Origin: Bacilli bacterium
GTDB taxonomy: Bacteria; Bacillota_I; Bacilli_A; RFN20; CAG-826
Assembly (NCBI GenBank): GCA_045628045.1
Contig: JAZQOV010000011.1
Coordinates: 4,912 to 68,911, forward strand
Reading direction: 5' to 3'
DNA length: 64,000 nucleotides
Shown here piece after piece: positions 26,801 through 37,000 of the stretch. Within the stretch, counting starts at the first letter, position 1; each line of letters starts with the position of its first letter. The position numbers were made by a program, and so were the translations under genes. The notes below the pieces were generated by a model that was not told where the DNA came from, did not search any database, and saw only the letters and a program-made list of their open reading frames with translations.

Positions 26801-27946
26801 ATTTCTGGTTTACCAGAATTGGCTGATAAGGAAGGCTCAGAATTCATTGGTTGGTTCACCAAAGAAGGCATCCAATTTGAAAACGGATATACTTATTCAT
26901 ATACAACTGACGTTGTACTTTATCCATTATTTGCTGACACAAAAGTTCATAAAATTGATTATGAGCTTAACGGTGGTGTTTTACCAGCAGGATATCCAAC
27001 TTCTTATAAAGCATTTGAAGCATTCCCTGAAATTTACAATCCAACAAAAGAAGGGTATTCATTTACTGGTTGGACTTATGTTGATCCTGCAACAGGAAAA
27101 ACTGTTGATTTTAAATCACTAGCAGGCTTAGATTTCGATATTACATTGATTGCAAACTGGGGCGTCAGAGAAGTTACTATAAACTATGTTTATGGTGAAG
27201 GCGCAACACTCAAACGTAATCTTACTTTCGTTGATGAAACTTCAACAGAAATTGAAAGCCATGAAATTTCATACTTTGAAGGTGCAGAATTTGTTTCCTA
27301 TGAAGATACTGACACGGCTCAATTTAAAGGATGGGCTGATGAAAAAGGAAAGATGTATGACTTTAGCTCTGATGCAATTGTTGAAGGCGACACCACATTA
27401 AAACCAGTCATGGAACCAATCGCGGAAGGCGCAGTTGCTGGTAAGGTTGGCGAGGACGCACACGTTACAGCAACAGGTTCAAGCACAAAAGTTATTCAAT
27501 ATACTTCAGTAAGTGCTCAAGATGTCAATTTTGAAGTTAGTTCAACAGCAGGACTTAAAGTTATTATTGCTGATAAGAACGGAAAACAAATTGCATCATC
27601 TGGAGTTGGATCTACTTCATCCATAAGTATGAATGGAGTTCACTTCGAAGCAAATACAACTTATCTCGTAAGTATTGAAGTTTCAGGTAGTGGTGATAAT
27701 AATATTACCGTTGCAACAACTGGTACAGTTGCAGAAGGTGCTTTAAGTGGAAAGATCTACTCAAAAGAGTATGTCACTGAATTCACAGTTCAACACTTCG
27801 GTGAGACATTTGATAACAGCATTGTCCCAGTTAAAGAAGGGTATTTATTCGATGGTTGGTTTGACGCAGATGGAAACTACTACGATTCATACACTGAATT
27901 AACTTCAACAGTCATTACCCTTTACGCAAAATGGGTAAAAGCCTAA
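23891..27946 (+). CDS. giant surface lipoprotein built from tandem repeats and Listeria-Bacteroides (InlB B-repeat/Flg_new-like) modules
   Basis: Lipobox MLAGC. Eleven ~69-aa WKNxDGxVL...PTK....Y.F.GW...V..D.TYTA.Y repeats, followed by YTFTGW/YKFDGWF-type modules. Confidence 0.8.
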   Translation: MKIKSLLKTAVVTMAIGMLAGCGRKAKYIVQWFNDDRKTVLHVSMPLEEGTVPEYPEELETPVKESGTEEIKYVFDGWSPEVGPLTKATNYYARYKTQYRVEWKNSDGSILKSGYTFDGELPDVPTDLKFTSPAQDDGTHYSFVKWVGEDDSMKVDQPIKKPSCFYASYNVESYRITWKNVDGEQLGSSFVAAGQIPIYTGEVPTLDSGKEDLEYVFDGWDKEIAPAEEPVTYVAKFKEVKKYVITWKNEDGTVLASGLVAEGQMPECPTHEPTKENTERYSYEFAGWDPAISTVKGDAVYTAKYEIVQERFLITWKNHNGTVLYQDYVAEGKLPEYKGEEPTKVTTEREAYRFSGWSPSIVVASEDAVYVAEFELDHLLYEITWKNDDGHVLATKYCVEGQTPVYPNAEPTKPSDNVAVYKFSGWNPTPVTVTRDATYLATFAVEKAKYPVTWKDEDGTVLATSYVPEAEMPVCPVDNPTKADDNRHSYTFAGWEPALTTVSGAVTYTAKYDVSEERFLVTWKDENGSVLATNFVAEGKTPVCPVGNPTKQDDDRHTYEFGGWSPAVSPVTADITYTAVYNVSEERFLITWKNEDGSVLATKFVAEGETPSCPVSNPIKKADERHTYAFNGWSPAVLPVTEDATYTAQFKVTEERFLVTWKNDDGSVLATEYVAEGKVPKYPGTVNPSKDDNPPYVYEFMGWDKKITPVIADEVYTATYKDVKKQYTIKWVDYDNKVLHTDYIDYGSPITYEYALPTRASTTLSDFEFIGWDKELKNLTATSDLTITALYKETVYKGANITYHFNETKNKVTNPKQNVSLIRVGTDLSLANATAPGYKFDGWFFDEAYTISAGTKLTNVDHDITLYGKFSKNTYTITYVMNGGELDAGASNPTSITCEDQAIVLANPSKLGYTFTGWSGYGSGKVIDCRLENVTKALTLTANFKANTYKIVLKYTDRDDTSINVDYNSEISGLPELADKEGSEFIGWFTKEGIQFENGYTYSYTTDVVLYPLFADTKVHKIDYELNGGVLPAGYPTSYKAFEAFPEIYNPTKEGYSFTGWTYVDPATGKTVDFKSLAGLDFDITLIANWGVREVTINYVYGEGATLKRNLTFVDETSTEIESHEISYFEGAEFVSYEDTDTAQFKGWADEKGKMYDFSSDAIVEGDTTLKPVMEPIAEGAVAGKVGEDAHVTATGSSTKVIQYTSVSAQDVNFEVSSTAGLKVIIADKNGKQIASSGVGSTSSISMNGVHFEANTTYLVSIEVSGSGDNNITVATTGTVAEGALSGKIYSKEYVTEFTVQHFGETFDNSIVPVKEGYLFDGWFDADGNYYDSYTELTSTVITLYAKWVKA
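23966..26276 (+). repeat. intragenic tandem array, 11 units of ~207 bp
   Basis: The W(K/F)N motif recurs about every 69-70 codons. Central units (about 25.2-25.9 kb) share long identical nucleotide strings such as GAAGAAAGATTCTTAGTTACATGGAA. Confidence 0.8.
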
Positions 27947-27965
27947 TAGCTTACTAATAACAAAC

Positions 27966-27995
27966 AAGGCGGATACTTTGTATCTGCCTTTTTTA
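27966..27995 (+). terminator. intrinsic terminator
   Basis: AAGGCGGATA-ctttg-TATCTGCCTT followed by TTTTTT. Confidence 0.8.
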
Positions 27996-28052
27996 TTAAT
28001 TAATTTAATATTATATATTGAATAACAATTCAAAATCCGTATAATAAAAAGC

Positions 28053-28958
28053 ATGAAACGTTTATATATTTACACAATCATTGTGGCCTCCTCTTTAGCA
28101 ATGGGTGCTTTAGTAGGTTTTGGGGCCAAAAAACTATTTAATAAAGAGTACGTTTACAATAACGTTGACTTTGATGCATTTGTACCAGATTACAATGCTA
28201 TTTTTGAAGAAGTTAATTCATATAAAGGAAGCTCGAAAGAAAAAGTTGATCATTTCTCAGCAGTTGAAGTAATTAATTATTCTTTAGAAAAATTCCGTCG
28301 TAATGAAAAATGTGCTACTTATACCTATGGTATTTCCCATACAGCGGTTGAACAAATCATTAGAGGCGCAAATTATAAAGTTGGTTCAGAATATTTTGAG
28401 GAATCACTTTCTAAATCTAGCCTTGTTTCGGTCGCAAGCAGGGTTTATATGAGCGGAAAGTCCGGAGACATTAAAATGTATAAGGGAGAAGATGATTCAA
28501 TCGTTATTAACGATAAAGAAGCATTTGCAGAATATCCTGAAGTTTCGGAAGACATTATTGAACACAGCACATATAAGAAAACATACGGAAAAACACTTGA
28601 TGAGATGTTTATTTATCTTATTTGTAATGATGGCGTATTAAGTTCATCAGTTAATGAAACAGATAGTGGTTATCAATATGTTGTTAATTTAGATAATGAA
28701 ATTTCTACTTACTTTAATAAGTTACAAATGAAAAATCTATCTGATCTTGATACTTATCCAGTATTCCAAACTGTTACTCTTACTTTTGATTTAGACAAAG
28801 ATTTATCTTTGAAGAAATGTAATATAGATGAATATTATAAAGCTAAGAAAATTATTTATGCGAGTGCGCATGCTCTAATCGATATCTATTTTGTATCTAA
28901 TGCAGATATTGAAATCCCGGCAGTAAATGAAAAATTAAATTATGATTTGGAGTTTTAA
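28053..28958 (+). CDS. N-terminally membrane-anchored protein, function unknown
   Basis: Single N-terminal TM helix. The rest is hydrophilic. No motif recognised. Confidence 0.55.
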   Translation: MKRLYIYTIIVASSLAMGALVGFGAKKLFNKEYVYNNVDFDAFVPDYNAIFEEVNSYKGSSKEKVDHFSAVEVINYSLEKFRRNEKCATYTYGISHTAVEQIIRGANYKVGSEYFEESLSKSSLVSVASRVYMSGKSGDIKMYKGEDDSIVINDKEAFAEYPEVSEDIIEHSTYKKTYGKTLDEMFIYLICNDGVLSSSVNETDSGYQYVVNLDNEISTYFNKLQMKNLSDLDTYPVFQTVTLTFDLDKDLSLKKCNIDEYYKAKKIIYASAHALIDIYFVSNADIEIPAVNEKLNYDLEF

Positions 28959-28963
28959 CCATT

Positions 28964-31303
28964 ATGAAATTATTTAATAAAAAGAATTTAGGAAAAATTA
29001 TTACCGGTGTAGCATGCTTTGGCGTTGCTTTTACTGTTCTTTATTTAGTTGTTAACCCAAGAAAGGTCGAAAGTAACCTAAAACCTTCAGCTCCAGAGAT
29101 TCCTGTTACAGAAGATACATATTTTGATAAATTTGCAAATAAACTTATTGATAAATTCGCAAAATCTGAAGAACCTTTAAAATTTAAGGCCACACTTGAA
29201 AATTTAGCAGTTTCTTCTAAAGAAGACCCAACAAATGTTTATGCTTCTACTAAAGGTGAATTAGCTTTATCTATTGATGAAAATAAGAATATTGAATACA
29301 CAGTCGATTTAGATGTTTCTAGCGGCGGAAGTGATCTTCTTTTAGGATTTGGCTATGTTAATAAATATAGCTATTTCTCATTAGGCGATAAAGGATTTAA
29401 ACTTGCAGATACATCATTTGATGAAATAACCAATTTTGCTAAAGAAGTTTTTACCTCAGTTTTAGATCTTGATATTGGTGGTGTTTCACTAGATTTATCC
29501 GGTTTAATTTCAGGCATTGATATTGATTCATTACTTCCTCAAGAAGTTGTTGATGGTGATAATGTTAATTTTTTAATTAACAATGACACTATTAATCTTG
29601 AAATTAGTGCTAATAAAGAAACATTAGAACTTAAGAAAATTAATGTTAAGAGTTTAAATATTGAATCTATTTCTCTTTCTACACTAGTTTCAGTTGAAAA
29701 AATTGAAAAAGTTTGTCCATTTGATGATGGCTCATATAAAGGAAGACATATTTCTTTTGCAGAAGCAAAGGTTTTCTCAAATGTCATTTCTGGTTTTAAT
29801 AGACTTGCCGCTATTGGAGAAATGGGGATGAGCCTTAAAGCCTCAATTAGCAAAAGCGGAACAAAACTTATCGACATACAAAATAGTGTTAATTCCAAAT
29901 TAGATGACAATCATAATCCTGAAATTGATTTAGATATTTTTGCAACTATTGAAAAAAGCAAAGCTTATGCAGCTATTAATGCATGTTACTTTGATGGTTG
30001 CACATATGTAACCGTTCCTACCGAAAATGATAGTCTTAAATTAAAATATGCAGACGAAAAATTCACAAGCATTTATGAATTTATGATTGAGATTGTTTCT
30101 GGTTTAATTGGCGATGAATTAAGCGATATTTTTAGCCGTTCTAGCAGAGTTATGCGAACAATTAGCAAGGCAACAAGCGGAAATATACTTTCATTTGATA
30201 TTCTTTCATTTATTAATAACACCTTTGAGTATTTCGATTTTACAGAGAATAAATTAATTATTAATTTATCAGATGATGCAAATCCTGCTCAAATCGTTCT
30301 TACTTCTAAGGAAAATGAAAATACAATGAATGTTTCCTTTGAAAACTTTAATATTGAATCTTTAGTATTTGATTTGGACCTTGATATTGTAGATTTTGAC
30401 TCCAAAAACATAGAAAAAGTCAAAAAGGAAGCAAAACAATATGATGAATTTGATTTTGTTTTATTAAGATTCCTTTTAAGATCTCTTAACACCAAAACAT
30501 ATAGATTAACAACATCATTATCATTGTCTTTCCCGGCAGTATTTATCAATACACAAATTGTCCTTAAAACAGAACTTAGCATTTATGTGGACTATTCTTC
30601 AGGATATTTAAAGATATTTATTGAAACACACGATCAAATCTTCTGGCCTATCATTATGAGTTATGGAGTTAGCAATGTTAAAATTGGTTATGATGGAGAG
30701 ACGGGCCTTGTTCATATTTTAAATTTAGTACAAGAATTAGACCCATTTACAGGCTTTCCGTTTGGAGATATGTATAATCTCTATTATGTGACAGATCTCG
30801 ATAATTTCATCGATAATATTGCTGAATATCTTTTAAAAGATATATTGTACTTTATTCCAGATTTAGTTGATGAAATTCTTGGTTCGAGAAGAACCTCTCC
30901 TGTTTTATCAAGAGCTAGAGTTACATCTTCATACAATATTTATGAATCATTCTTATCCTTTACCCACACATATAATGAAAAAACTAAAGAAGATGTGATT
31001 TCCACAAAATTCGATTTATCAGCAATTTTAGGTATTTCTATATTTAAAGATCTTAATCTTACACTTTATGGTAAAAGAGAAAACGATGATTCTAATTTCA
31101 TTACAAGATACACACTTAGTACAAAATTGTTTAATATTATTACTCTTACTGCTGAAGCAGTAAATGACAATGAATCATCAGAACAAGATGAAAAGTGTGA
31201 TGCATTATTTAGTATTTACGCTAATTTATCTAGTGAAGAAAAAGCTTTATTTGATGAATCTTATCTAAATAACCCAGCAGTTGGTTGGAAGATACGTTTG
31301 TGA
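28964..31303 (+). CDS. N-terminally membrane-anchored large protein, function unknown
   Basis: N-terminal TM helix. 779 aa, beta-rich. Tightly coupled to its neighbours. Confidence 0.55.
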   Translation: MKLFNKKNLGKIITGVACFGVAFTVLYLVVNPRKVESNLKPSAPEIPVTEDTYFDKFANKLIDKFAKSEEPLKFKATLENLAVSSKEDPTNVYASTKGELALSIDENKNIEYTVDLDVSSGGSDLLLGFGYVNKYSYFSLGDKGFKLADTSFDEITNFAKEVFTSVLDLDIGGVSLDLSGLISGIDIDSLLPQEVVDGDNVNFLINNDTINLEISANKETLELKKINVKSLNIESISLSTLVSVEKIEKVCPFDDGSYKGRHISFAEAKVFSNVISGFNRLAAIGEMGMSLKASISKSGTKLIDIQNSVNSKLDDNHNPEIDLDIFATIEKSKAYAAINACYFDGCTYVTVPTENDSLKLKYADEKFTSIYEFMIEIVSGLIGDELSDIFSRSSRVMRTISKATSGNILSFDILSFINNTFEYFDFTENKLIINLSDDANPAQIVLTSKENENTMNVSFENFNIESLVFDLDLDIVDFDSKNIEKVKKEAKQYDEFDFVLLRFLLRSLNTKTYRLTTSLSLSFPAVFINTQIVLKTELSIYVDYSSGYLKIFIETHDQIFWPIIMSYGVSNVKIGYDGETGLVHILNLVQELDPFTGFPFGDMYNLYYVTDLDNFIDNIAEYLLKDILYFIPDLVDEILGSRRTSPVLSRARVTSSYNIYESFLSFTHTYNEKTKEDVISTKFDLSAILGISIFKDLNLTLYGKRENDDSNFITRYTLSTKLFNIITLTAEAVNDNESSEQDEKCDALFSIYANLSSEEKALFDESYLNNPAVGWKIRL

Positions 31304-32157
31304 AAATAAATACTAGAATTTCAAACCAAACTTTTGATCAAGAACGCTCTTTATACGGCGTAAAAAATGCAGAAGTTTTTTCGTGCAAATTTAGTGGTCC
31401 AAATGATGGCGAATCACCACTTAAAGAAACGTCAATCATAAACGTTCATGATTGTGAGTTTGACCTCCGCTATCCTTTGTGGCACTCAACAAATTTAATT
31501 TTAGAGAATTTAAGTTTTTCTAACTTATCAAGAGCTCCACTTTGGTATGACAAAAACGTTGTTATTAAGAACACAAATTCCCAATCTCCTAAAATTTTTA
31601 GAGAATGCGAAAACATTAAACTGGAAAATTGTAAATTAGAAAGCGAAGAGCCTTTTTGGAAATGTAGCAAAATCACCGGGAATTCCTGCATATTTTCAGG
31701 ATTTTATGGCTTTTTTGCGTGTAAAAATATTTCTCTTTTTGATGTAAAATTCTCGGGTAAATATTCATTTCAATATTGCAAAAATATAAGGATTTTTAAC
31801 TCTGAAATTGACACAAAGGATGCATTCTGGCATTCCAAAAATGTTTACGTAAAAGACTCAATAATTAAGGGTGAATATATCGGGTGGTATAGCTCCAATT
31901 TAACATTTGTAAATTGTATTATTGAATCACATCAACCATTTTGTTATTCTAATAACGTAACCTTTATCAATTGCAAGATGCCAAATTGCGATTTAGCGTT
32001 TGAAAAAACGTCAATCAAAGGTAATGTTACCGGGAAAATCAATTCTATTAAAAACCCAAGGAAAGCGAGCTTTAAAGTCGAAGAAATTGGGGAGTTGATT
32101 CAAGAGAAGAAAAATAGACATGTTCATATCAAAATTACAGGTGATGTGAATAAATAA
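31300..32157 (+). CDS. DUF3737-like beta-helix repeat protein
   Basis: GTG at 31300 overlaps the upstream TGA (GTGA); the alternative TTG at 31285 is the track start. Periodic ..N..(I/F).NC.. repeats. ERSLYG..GESPLKE..RYPLWH recalls DUF3737; this is from memory and unverified. Confidence 0.45.
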   Translation: MKINTRISNQTFDQERSLYGVKNAEVFSCKFSGPNDGESPLKETSIINVHDCEFDLRYPLWHSTNLILENLSFSNLSRAPLWYDKNVVIKNTNSQSPKIFRECENIKLENCKLESEEPFWKCSKITGNSCIFSGFYGFFACKNISLFDVKFSGKYSFQYCKNIRIFNSEIDTKDAFWHSKNVYVKDSIIKGEYIGWYSSNLTFVNCIIESHQPFCYSNNVTFINCKMPNCDLAFEKTSIKGNVTGKINSIKNPRKASFKVEEIGELIQEKKNRHVHIKITGDVNK

Positions 32158-32169
32158 AAGGAGATACTT

Positions 32170-33891
32170 ATGGGAAAAACTTCAATTGAAAAACCATGGA
32201 TGCAGTTTTATAAAAATTTCGATGGTGATATAAGCTCAACAAATAAAACCATTTACAGATACTTGGTTGATGAAGTTGAAGATTACTTAGACTACACTGC
32301 AATAAACTACTTTGGTAAAAAATATTCATATAGACAAATGCTTTACGAAATTGATCGTTTGGCAGATTGTTTTACATATTTAGGTATTAAGAAAGGTGAA
32401 AAGGTCGTTTTTGTCACCGCAAACTTACCTGAAACACTTTTCTCATTCTATGCTCTTAATAAAATCGGTGCTGTTCCAGTTCTAGTTGAACCAAGAATGG
32501 CAAAAAGTAGAATTGAACACTTCATCGATATGGTGAAAGCTAAGACAATTATTCTTCTTGATATTGTTTATCCAAAAGTTGCTGACTTATTAGACAAGTA
32601 CGAAATTGAACACGTTATTGTCCAAAATGCCTCGCACGCGCTCCCGTTATATAAAAAGGTATTTAAATTAATACACGAAAGAATTTCAGGTCTTGGAACT
32701 GACAAACGTGCTATTAGATATTCAACATTCTATGACGATTATGCTAAACAAGATGCTAAAGAAGTTAAGTTCAAACAAGGCTCATTAGCAGTCGTAACTC
32801 AAACTGGTGGTACAACAGGTTCACCTAAAGGTGTTATGCTTACAAACGAGGGTTTAAATGCTGTTGCATTAAGCTTCAAGTTTACAGGCAATGATTGTGT
32901 TCCATCAGACCGCTTCTTAAACATTATGCCAATCTTTACTTCTTATGGTGTTGTTTGTGGTGTCCATATGGCATTTACCCAAAGGGTAGAAAACATATTA
33001 GTACCAAATTTTGCTCCAAAGAAGTTCCCAAAATTAATGCTTCAACATAAGCCTCATGCTGTTATCGCTGTTCCTGCATTCTATGAGATATTTATTAATG
33101 ATAAAAGAGCACAAAAAGCAGACTTATCAAATTTGAAGTTTGCGGTCTCTGGCGGTGATGTTCTTAACCCAACCTTAGAAGAAGAGTTAAATCTCTTCTT
33201 TAAGAACCATGGATGTAAGTATCATATTTGCCAAGGTTATGGCTTGTCTGAAACATCTGCTGTAACGGCATTTAACTGTGTTTATAGAGCGAAAAGTGAG
33301 GGTATCCCTCTATGTACCTCAACCATGGGTATTTTTGATCCTGATACAGGAGAAGAACTTGACTATGGTAAAAGAGGCGAAATTTGTATTACCGGTCCAT
33401 CAATTATGAATGGATATTATGATAATAAGGAAGAAACTGATAACGTGCTTAAAATGCATGATGATGGCCTTCTTTGGGTTCATAGTGGTGATAGAGGCTA
33501 TTTTGATAAAGATGGTTTCTTATTCTTTGAAGGTCGTTTCAAATTCGTTATTCCACGCTTTGACGGGCACAAGAATTTCCCTATTCAAATTGAGAGAGTC
33601 GTAAATTCTTACGAAGGTGTTGCAAATTGCTGTGTTGTTGCATGTAAAGACCTTGACCATTTACAAGGGATGTATCCTCTTGTAATTGTCGAGATGGATG
33701 ATAAAGAAATTCCTGAAGAAGAAGTGCGTGAAGGCATCCTTGCTTTGTGCAATGATAAACTCGAAGAAAGAGGGCAGCCTTGCGATGTTGTCGTTGTTGA
33801 TAAAATTCCACTTACTTTGGTGGGCAAAAACGACGTTACTTTGTTAAGAGAACAATATGAACATTATGATTATTATAATCATAAACTTTAA
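32170..33891 (+). CDS. AMP-forming acyl-CoA synthetase / fatty-acid-CoA ligase family
   Basis: AAGGAG RBS. AMP-binding motifs TGGTTGSPKGVMLT, GYGLSET, GDRGYFDKDGFLFFEGRFK. Confidence 0.85.
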   Translation: MGKTSIEKPWMQFYKNFDGDISSTNKTIYRYLVDEVEDYLDYTAINYFGKKYSYRQMLYEIDRLADCFTYLGIKKGEKVVFVTANLPETLFSFYALNKIGAVPVLVEPRMAKSRIEHFIDMVKAKTIILLDIVYPKVADLLDKYEIEHVIVQNASHALPLYKKVFKLIHERISGLGTDKRAIRYSTFYDDYAKQDAKEVKFKQGSLAVVTQTGGTTGSPKGVMLTNEGLNAVALSFKFTGNDCVPSDRFLNIMPIFTSYGVVCGVHMAFTQRVENILVPNFAPKKFPKLMLQHKPHAVIAVPAFYEIFINDKRAQKADLSNLKFAVSGGDVLNPTLEEELNLFFKNHGCKYHICQGYGLSETSAVTAFNCVYRAKSEGIPLCTSTMGIFDPDTGEELDYGKRGEICITGPSIMNGYYDNKEETDNVLKMHDDGLLWVHSGDRGYFDKDGFLFFEGRFKFVIPRFDGHKNFPIQIERVVNSYEGVANCCVVACKDLDHLQGMYPLVIVEMDDKEIPEEEVREGILALCNDKLEERGQPCDVVVVDKIPLTLVGKNDVTLLREQYEHYDYYNHKL

Positions 33892-33920
33892 TACTTAATT
33901 CCAAAAATTACAAAAAAATT

Positions 33921-33946
33921 TCCTCGATGAATTCGGGGATTTTTTA
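33921..33946 (+). terminator. intrinsic terminator
   Basis: TCCTCGA-tgaat-TCGGGGA (one G-U pair) followed by TTTTTT. Confidence 0.65.
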
Positions 33947-34099
33947 TTTCAAAACGAGCAGCTATTGTCGGATCAATGTCTATAAGAACTTATAGTAAAT
34001 ATGTGAAAAATGTGTATGATTACCTATGGTAATAATTAGTATTGTATTAGATAAAATTTGGTAGTATAATTACTTTGTAAAAAATTTAGGAGGAACGAT

Positions 34100-37000
34100 A
34101 TGACTAAACTTTTTAAAAAGATTAAGTTGTTCTTGTTAGTCTCTGTCGCCGGCTTTATGGGCTTAGCTACTGCCGCTGGTGTCAAAGGCGCAAAAGCAGA
34201 CGCAGAACCAGAAACAAAGTTAGTTTCACTTGGTAGCACTGCTGCAACAGGCACAAACTTAACAGCAGGGGTTACCGAAGAAGCAGACGGTTTCCTTGTT
34301 GAGGTCGCAGATTCATATGCGGCAAAATACGCAACAAAGGTTGGCGCAAAACTCGTTAATCTTGCTGCAGATTCATTCAGACTTGAAGATATTTGCTTTG
34401 AGTTAGAAAACGAATCAGAGGATAGGTACTTTACAAAAGCCTTCCGTGCTGAAGGAGAAGCAAAGAGAAACAGCAAATTCGTTGCTGCTGCTACAGATGC
34501 TGGATTCAGTCTTGTAGGCTCAAGCGATAACATAAAACTTACCAGCTTCATGAAAGAAGAAATTAAATCTGCTAATTATGTTACCGTTGATGCAGGCTTC
34601 GGTGGTTATGCTGAATACTTAAAGTATGCAGTTAATAATTTAATCGAAGGCAATCAAAAGGTTGAAATTAACGGAATCATGGAATTATTGCTTCAACCAA
34701 TCAACAAGATTCTCGAAGAAGCAGTTAAATCAAACGAAGTTACTAAAGCAATCTTTGAAGTTGTTGATGAACTCATTGATGTTGATCTCGTTAAATTATT
34801 AAACGTTGGTGATGCAAAGAAGGCAGTCAGCGATTTTGTTAAACTTGTTAATGAAATGCTCGCTAGCTACTTCAATAGCATTGACACATTAACTTCAAAA
34901 ATTCGTTCACTTAACAAAGATGCAAAAATTATTGTTGTTGGCGCATCAAATCCAGTTAAAAACGGAAAAGTCAGAATTGGTGACAAGACTGTTAATGTTG
35001 GCAAATACATCGATGCAATTATCAAATTAGTTAATAACTATACTCAAATCACAACTAAGAATTCTGGTAGTTATTTCTTTGTCGATCCAGTTAAATTTGA
35101 CCTTGATACAGTCGAAGGACACGCATCAGTTGCAGAAGCAATTGACGCAGTCGTAACAGCTGGCAAATCAGCAAGAGCAGTCTTCATCGAAGATACTGTT
35201 GCTGCTATTAAGAAAGCTGTAACTGAACTTATTGATCATATTTTTGGTAAGAAAGTTTCTAAAGGCGCTATTACAAAAGGTGTCTTAAATGAAAGAAATG
35301 ATTTAACAGAATTTATTATGGAATTCTTTGATGGCGTTATCTATTCAGCCTTCCCAGGTATTGAACAAGAACACGTTGTCACAGAAATTGTTGATTTCTT
35401 TAGCGAAGATATATTCAGCAAAATCAACGCATTCGCTGTTGGTATTGTTGCAAAAGTAACAGATGAAATTATTCCTGCTGCTTTTGATCAAGTTATGACT
35501 GTTCTTAGCGGTGTTGCTTGCTATATCGAAAACGTTGTTATCGAAGCAATCAACTTTGTTGCAGCAATTCCAGCAAACATGGAAAACTGTGCAAGTGTCC
35601 AAATGATTATGGATTTCTATAATCAAACCTTCGAAACTAAAGTTAACGTCCTTGCTGATGTTCTTTCAAAAGCATTCATTGATTTAAGAGGACAAATTAC
35701 TGAAGGTGTTGGATTCTTATTTACTATTCCAGCTATTTTAACAGTTGAAATTCGTTCCGCTTTATTAGCAAAACTTGTAACTGTTTTTGTCTCACATCCA
35801 ATTGATTCATTAACAATTGCATATTACTTTAATAAACTCTTTGGAGATGATGCTTCAGCATTACTCGAAAAATTAGGTGCACTTAAAGATGGCAACGCAG
35901 TTGAACAACATATTTATAATATTTTGTTTGATGTTGATGCATTATTCAAAGGTGTTCCAGCAGATGTAGAAGGATTCTTTGCTCAATCAGATCTTCTCAT
36001 TGCAAAAATTGTCAGAGCTCTTGATGGAATCGTTGCAGAAATTCATTCAGAAGTTGCTCCAATGATTGCCGAAATCTTTGATACAGTTGTTGAAAATATT
36101 CAAAAGGTTATGCCACATGAATACTTATTAGTTTCAGAAATTGATGCTAATGAAAACATTCACTATTATGCAGAATGTCAAGATTGTGGCTTCCGCGTAG
36201 AAGTTTATCCAGAATATACTTGGAAAGTTCTCGAAGATGATTATGGAAATGGCGTTGGCATTGGTTGTGATGTTGAATTTACATTACCATCAGTTCGTGG
36301 CGAAGAACCAGTTGTCATCAAAGGCTATGCAGTTGGTGCTCCTAGAGAAATGTCTACTAATCCATTCTTAGAGATGGAAGTTGTTGAAATTCCAGAAATT
36401 GAATTTGGCGATTACGGTGTAGTCGTTGATCAAACTCCAGGTGTTGCTAAATTCACTGTTGAACATGTCTATTTCGAAGAAAATGATGAATATGTTGACG
36501 AAGTTTACTTCGATGAAGAACTTTGCTTAGATTTCGTTCTCGATCCTATTTGCTATTTCGATTCTGGATATTATTATCAATCTGTTGCAAAATTTGACGC
36601 ATACACTCTTCTTGGCGATGAATTGTGCTACATTGGTACAGTTAAATTTGAAGGAAAAGTTAATGCAGAAAGCCTTAAATTAGATCTTGAAAACAAGATT
36701 GCAACATTCGAGACCGTTTATGGAGTTGATGAATTAAGTAGCACATTCTCCTTAGCACATAGTTACGGATATACACCATACGTTAGCACTTATGAATTCG
36801 ACGATGAAACAGGTGTCTTAACAGCTATTGGTACAATTGTTACAGAAGGTGGCAAAAACTTCGATTATGAAGAAAGCGTTAGCTTTGCAGATGGCACACT
36901 TCATTTCTATGATGAAGATCAATATGATGAAGATGACAATCTAGTTTATGAAGAAGGTTTCACTGCTGAATTTGAAGTCTTCGGCACACAACAAATTTCA

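Noticed and set aside
23891-27946. Diversity-generating retroelement or retron as the explanation for repeat-rich surface genes.
   Set aside because: There is no reverse transcriptase ORF and no template/variable repeat pair with A-specific mismatches anywhere in the window.
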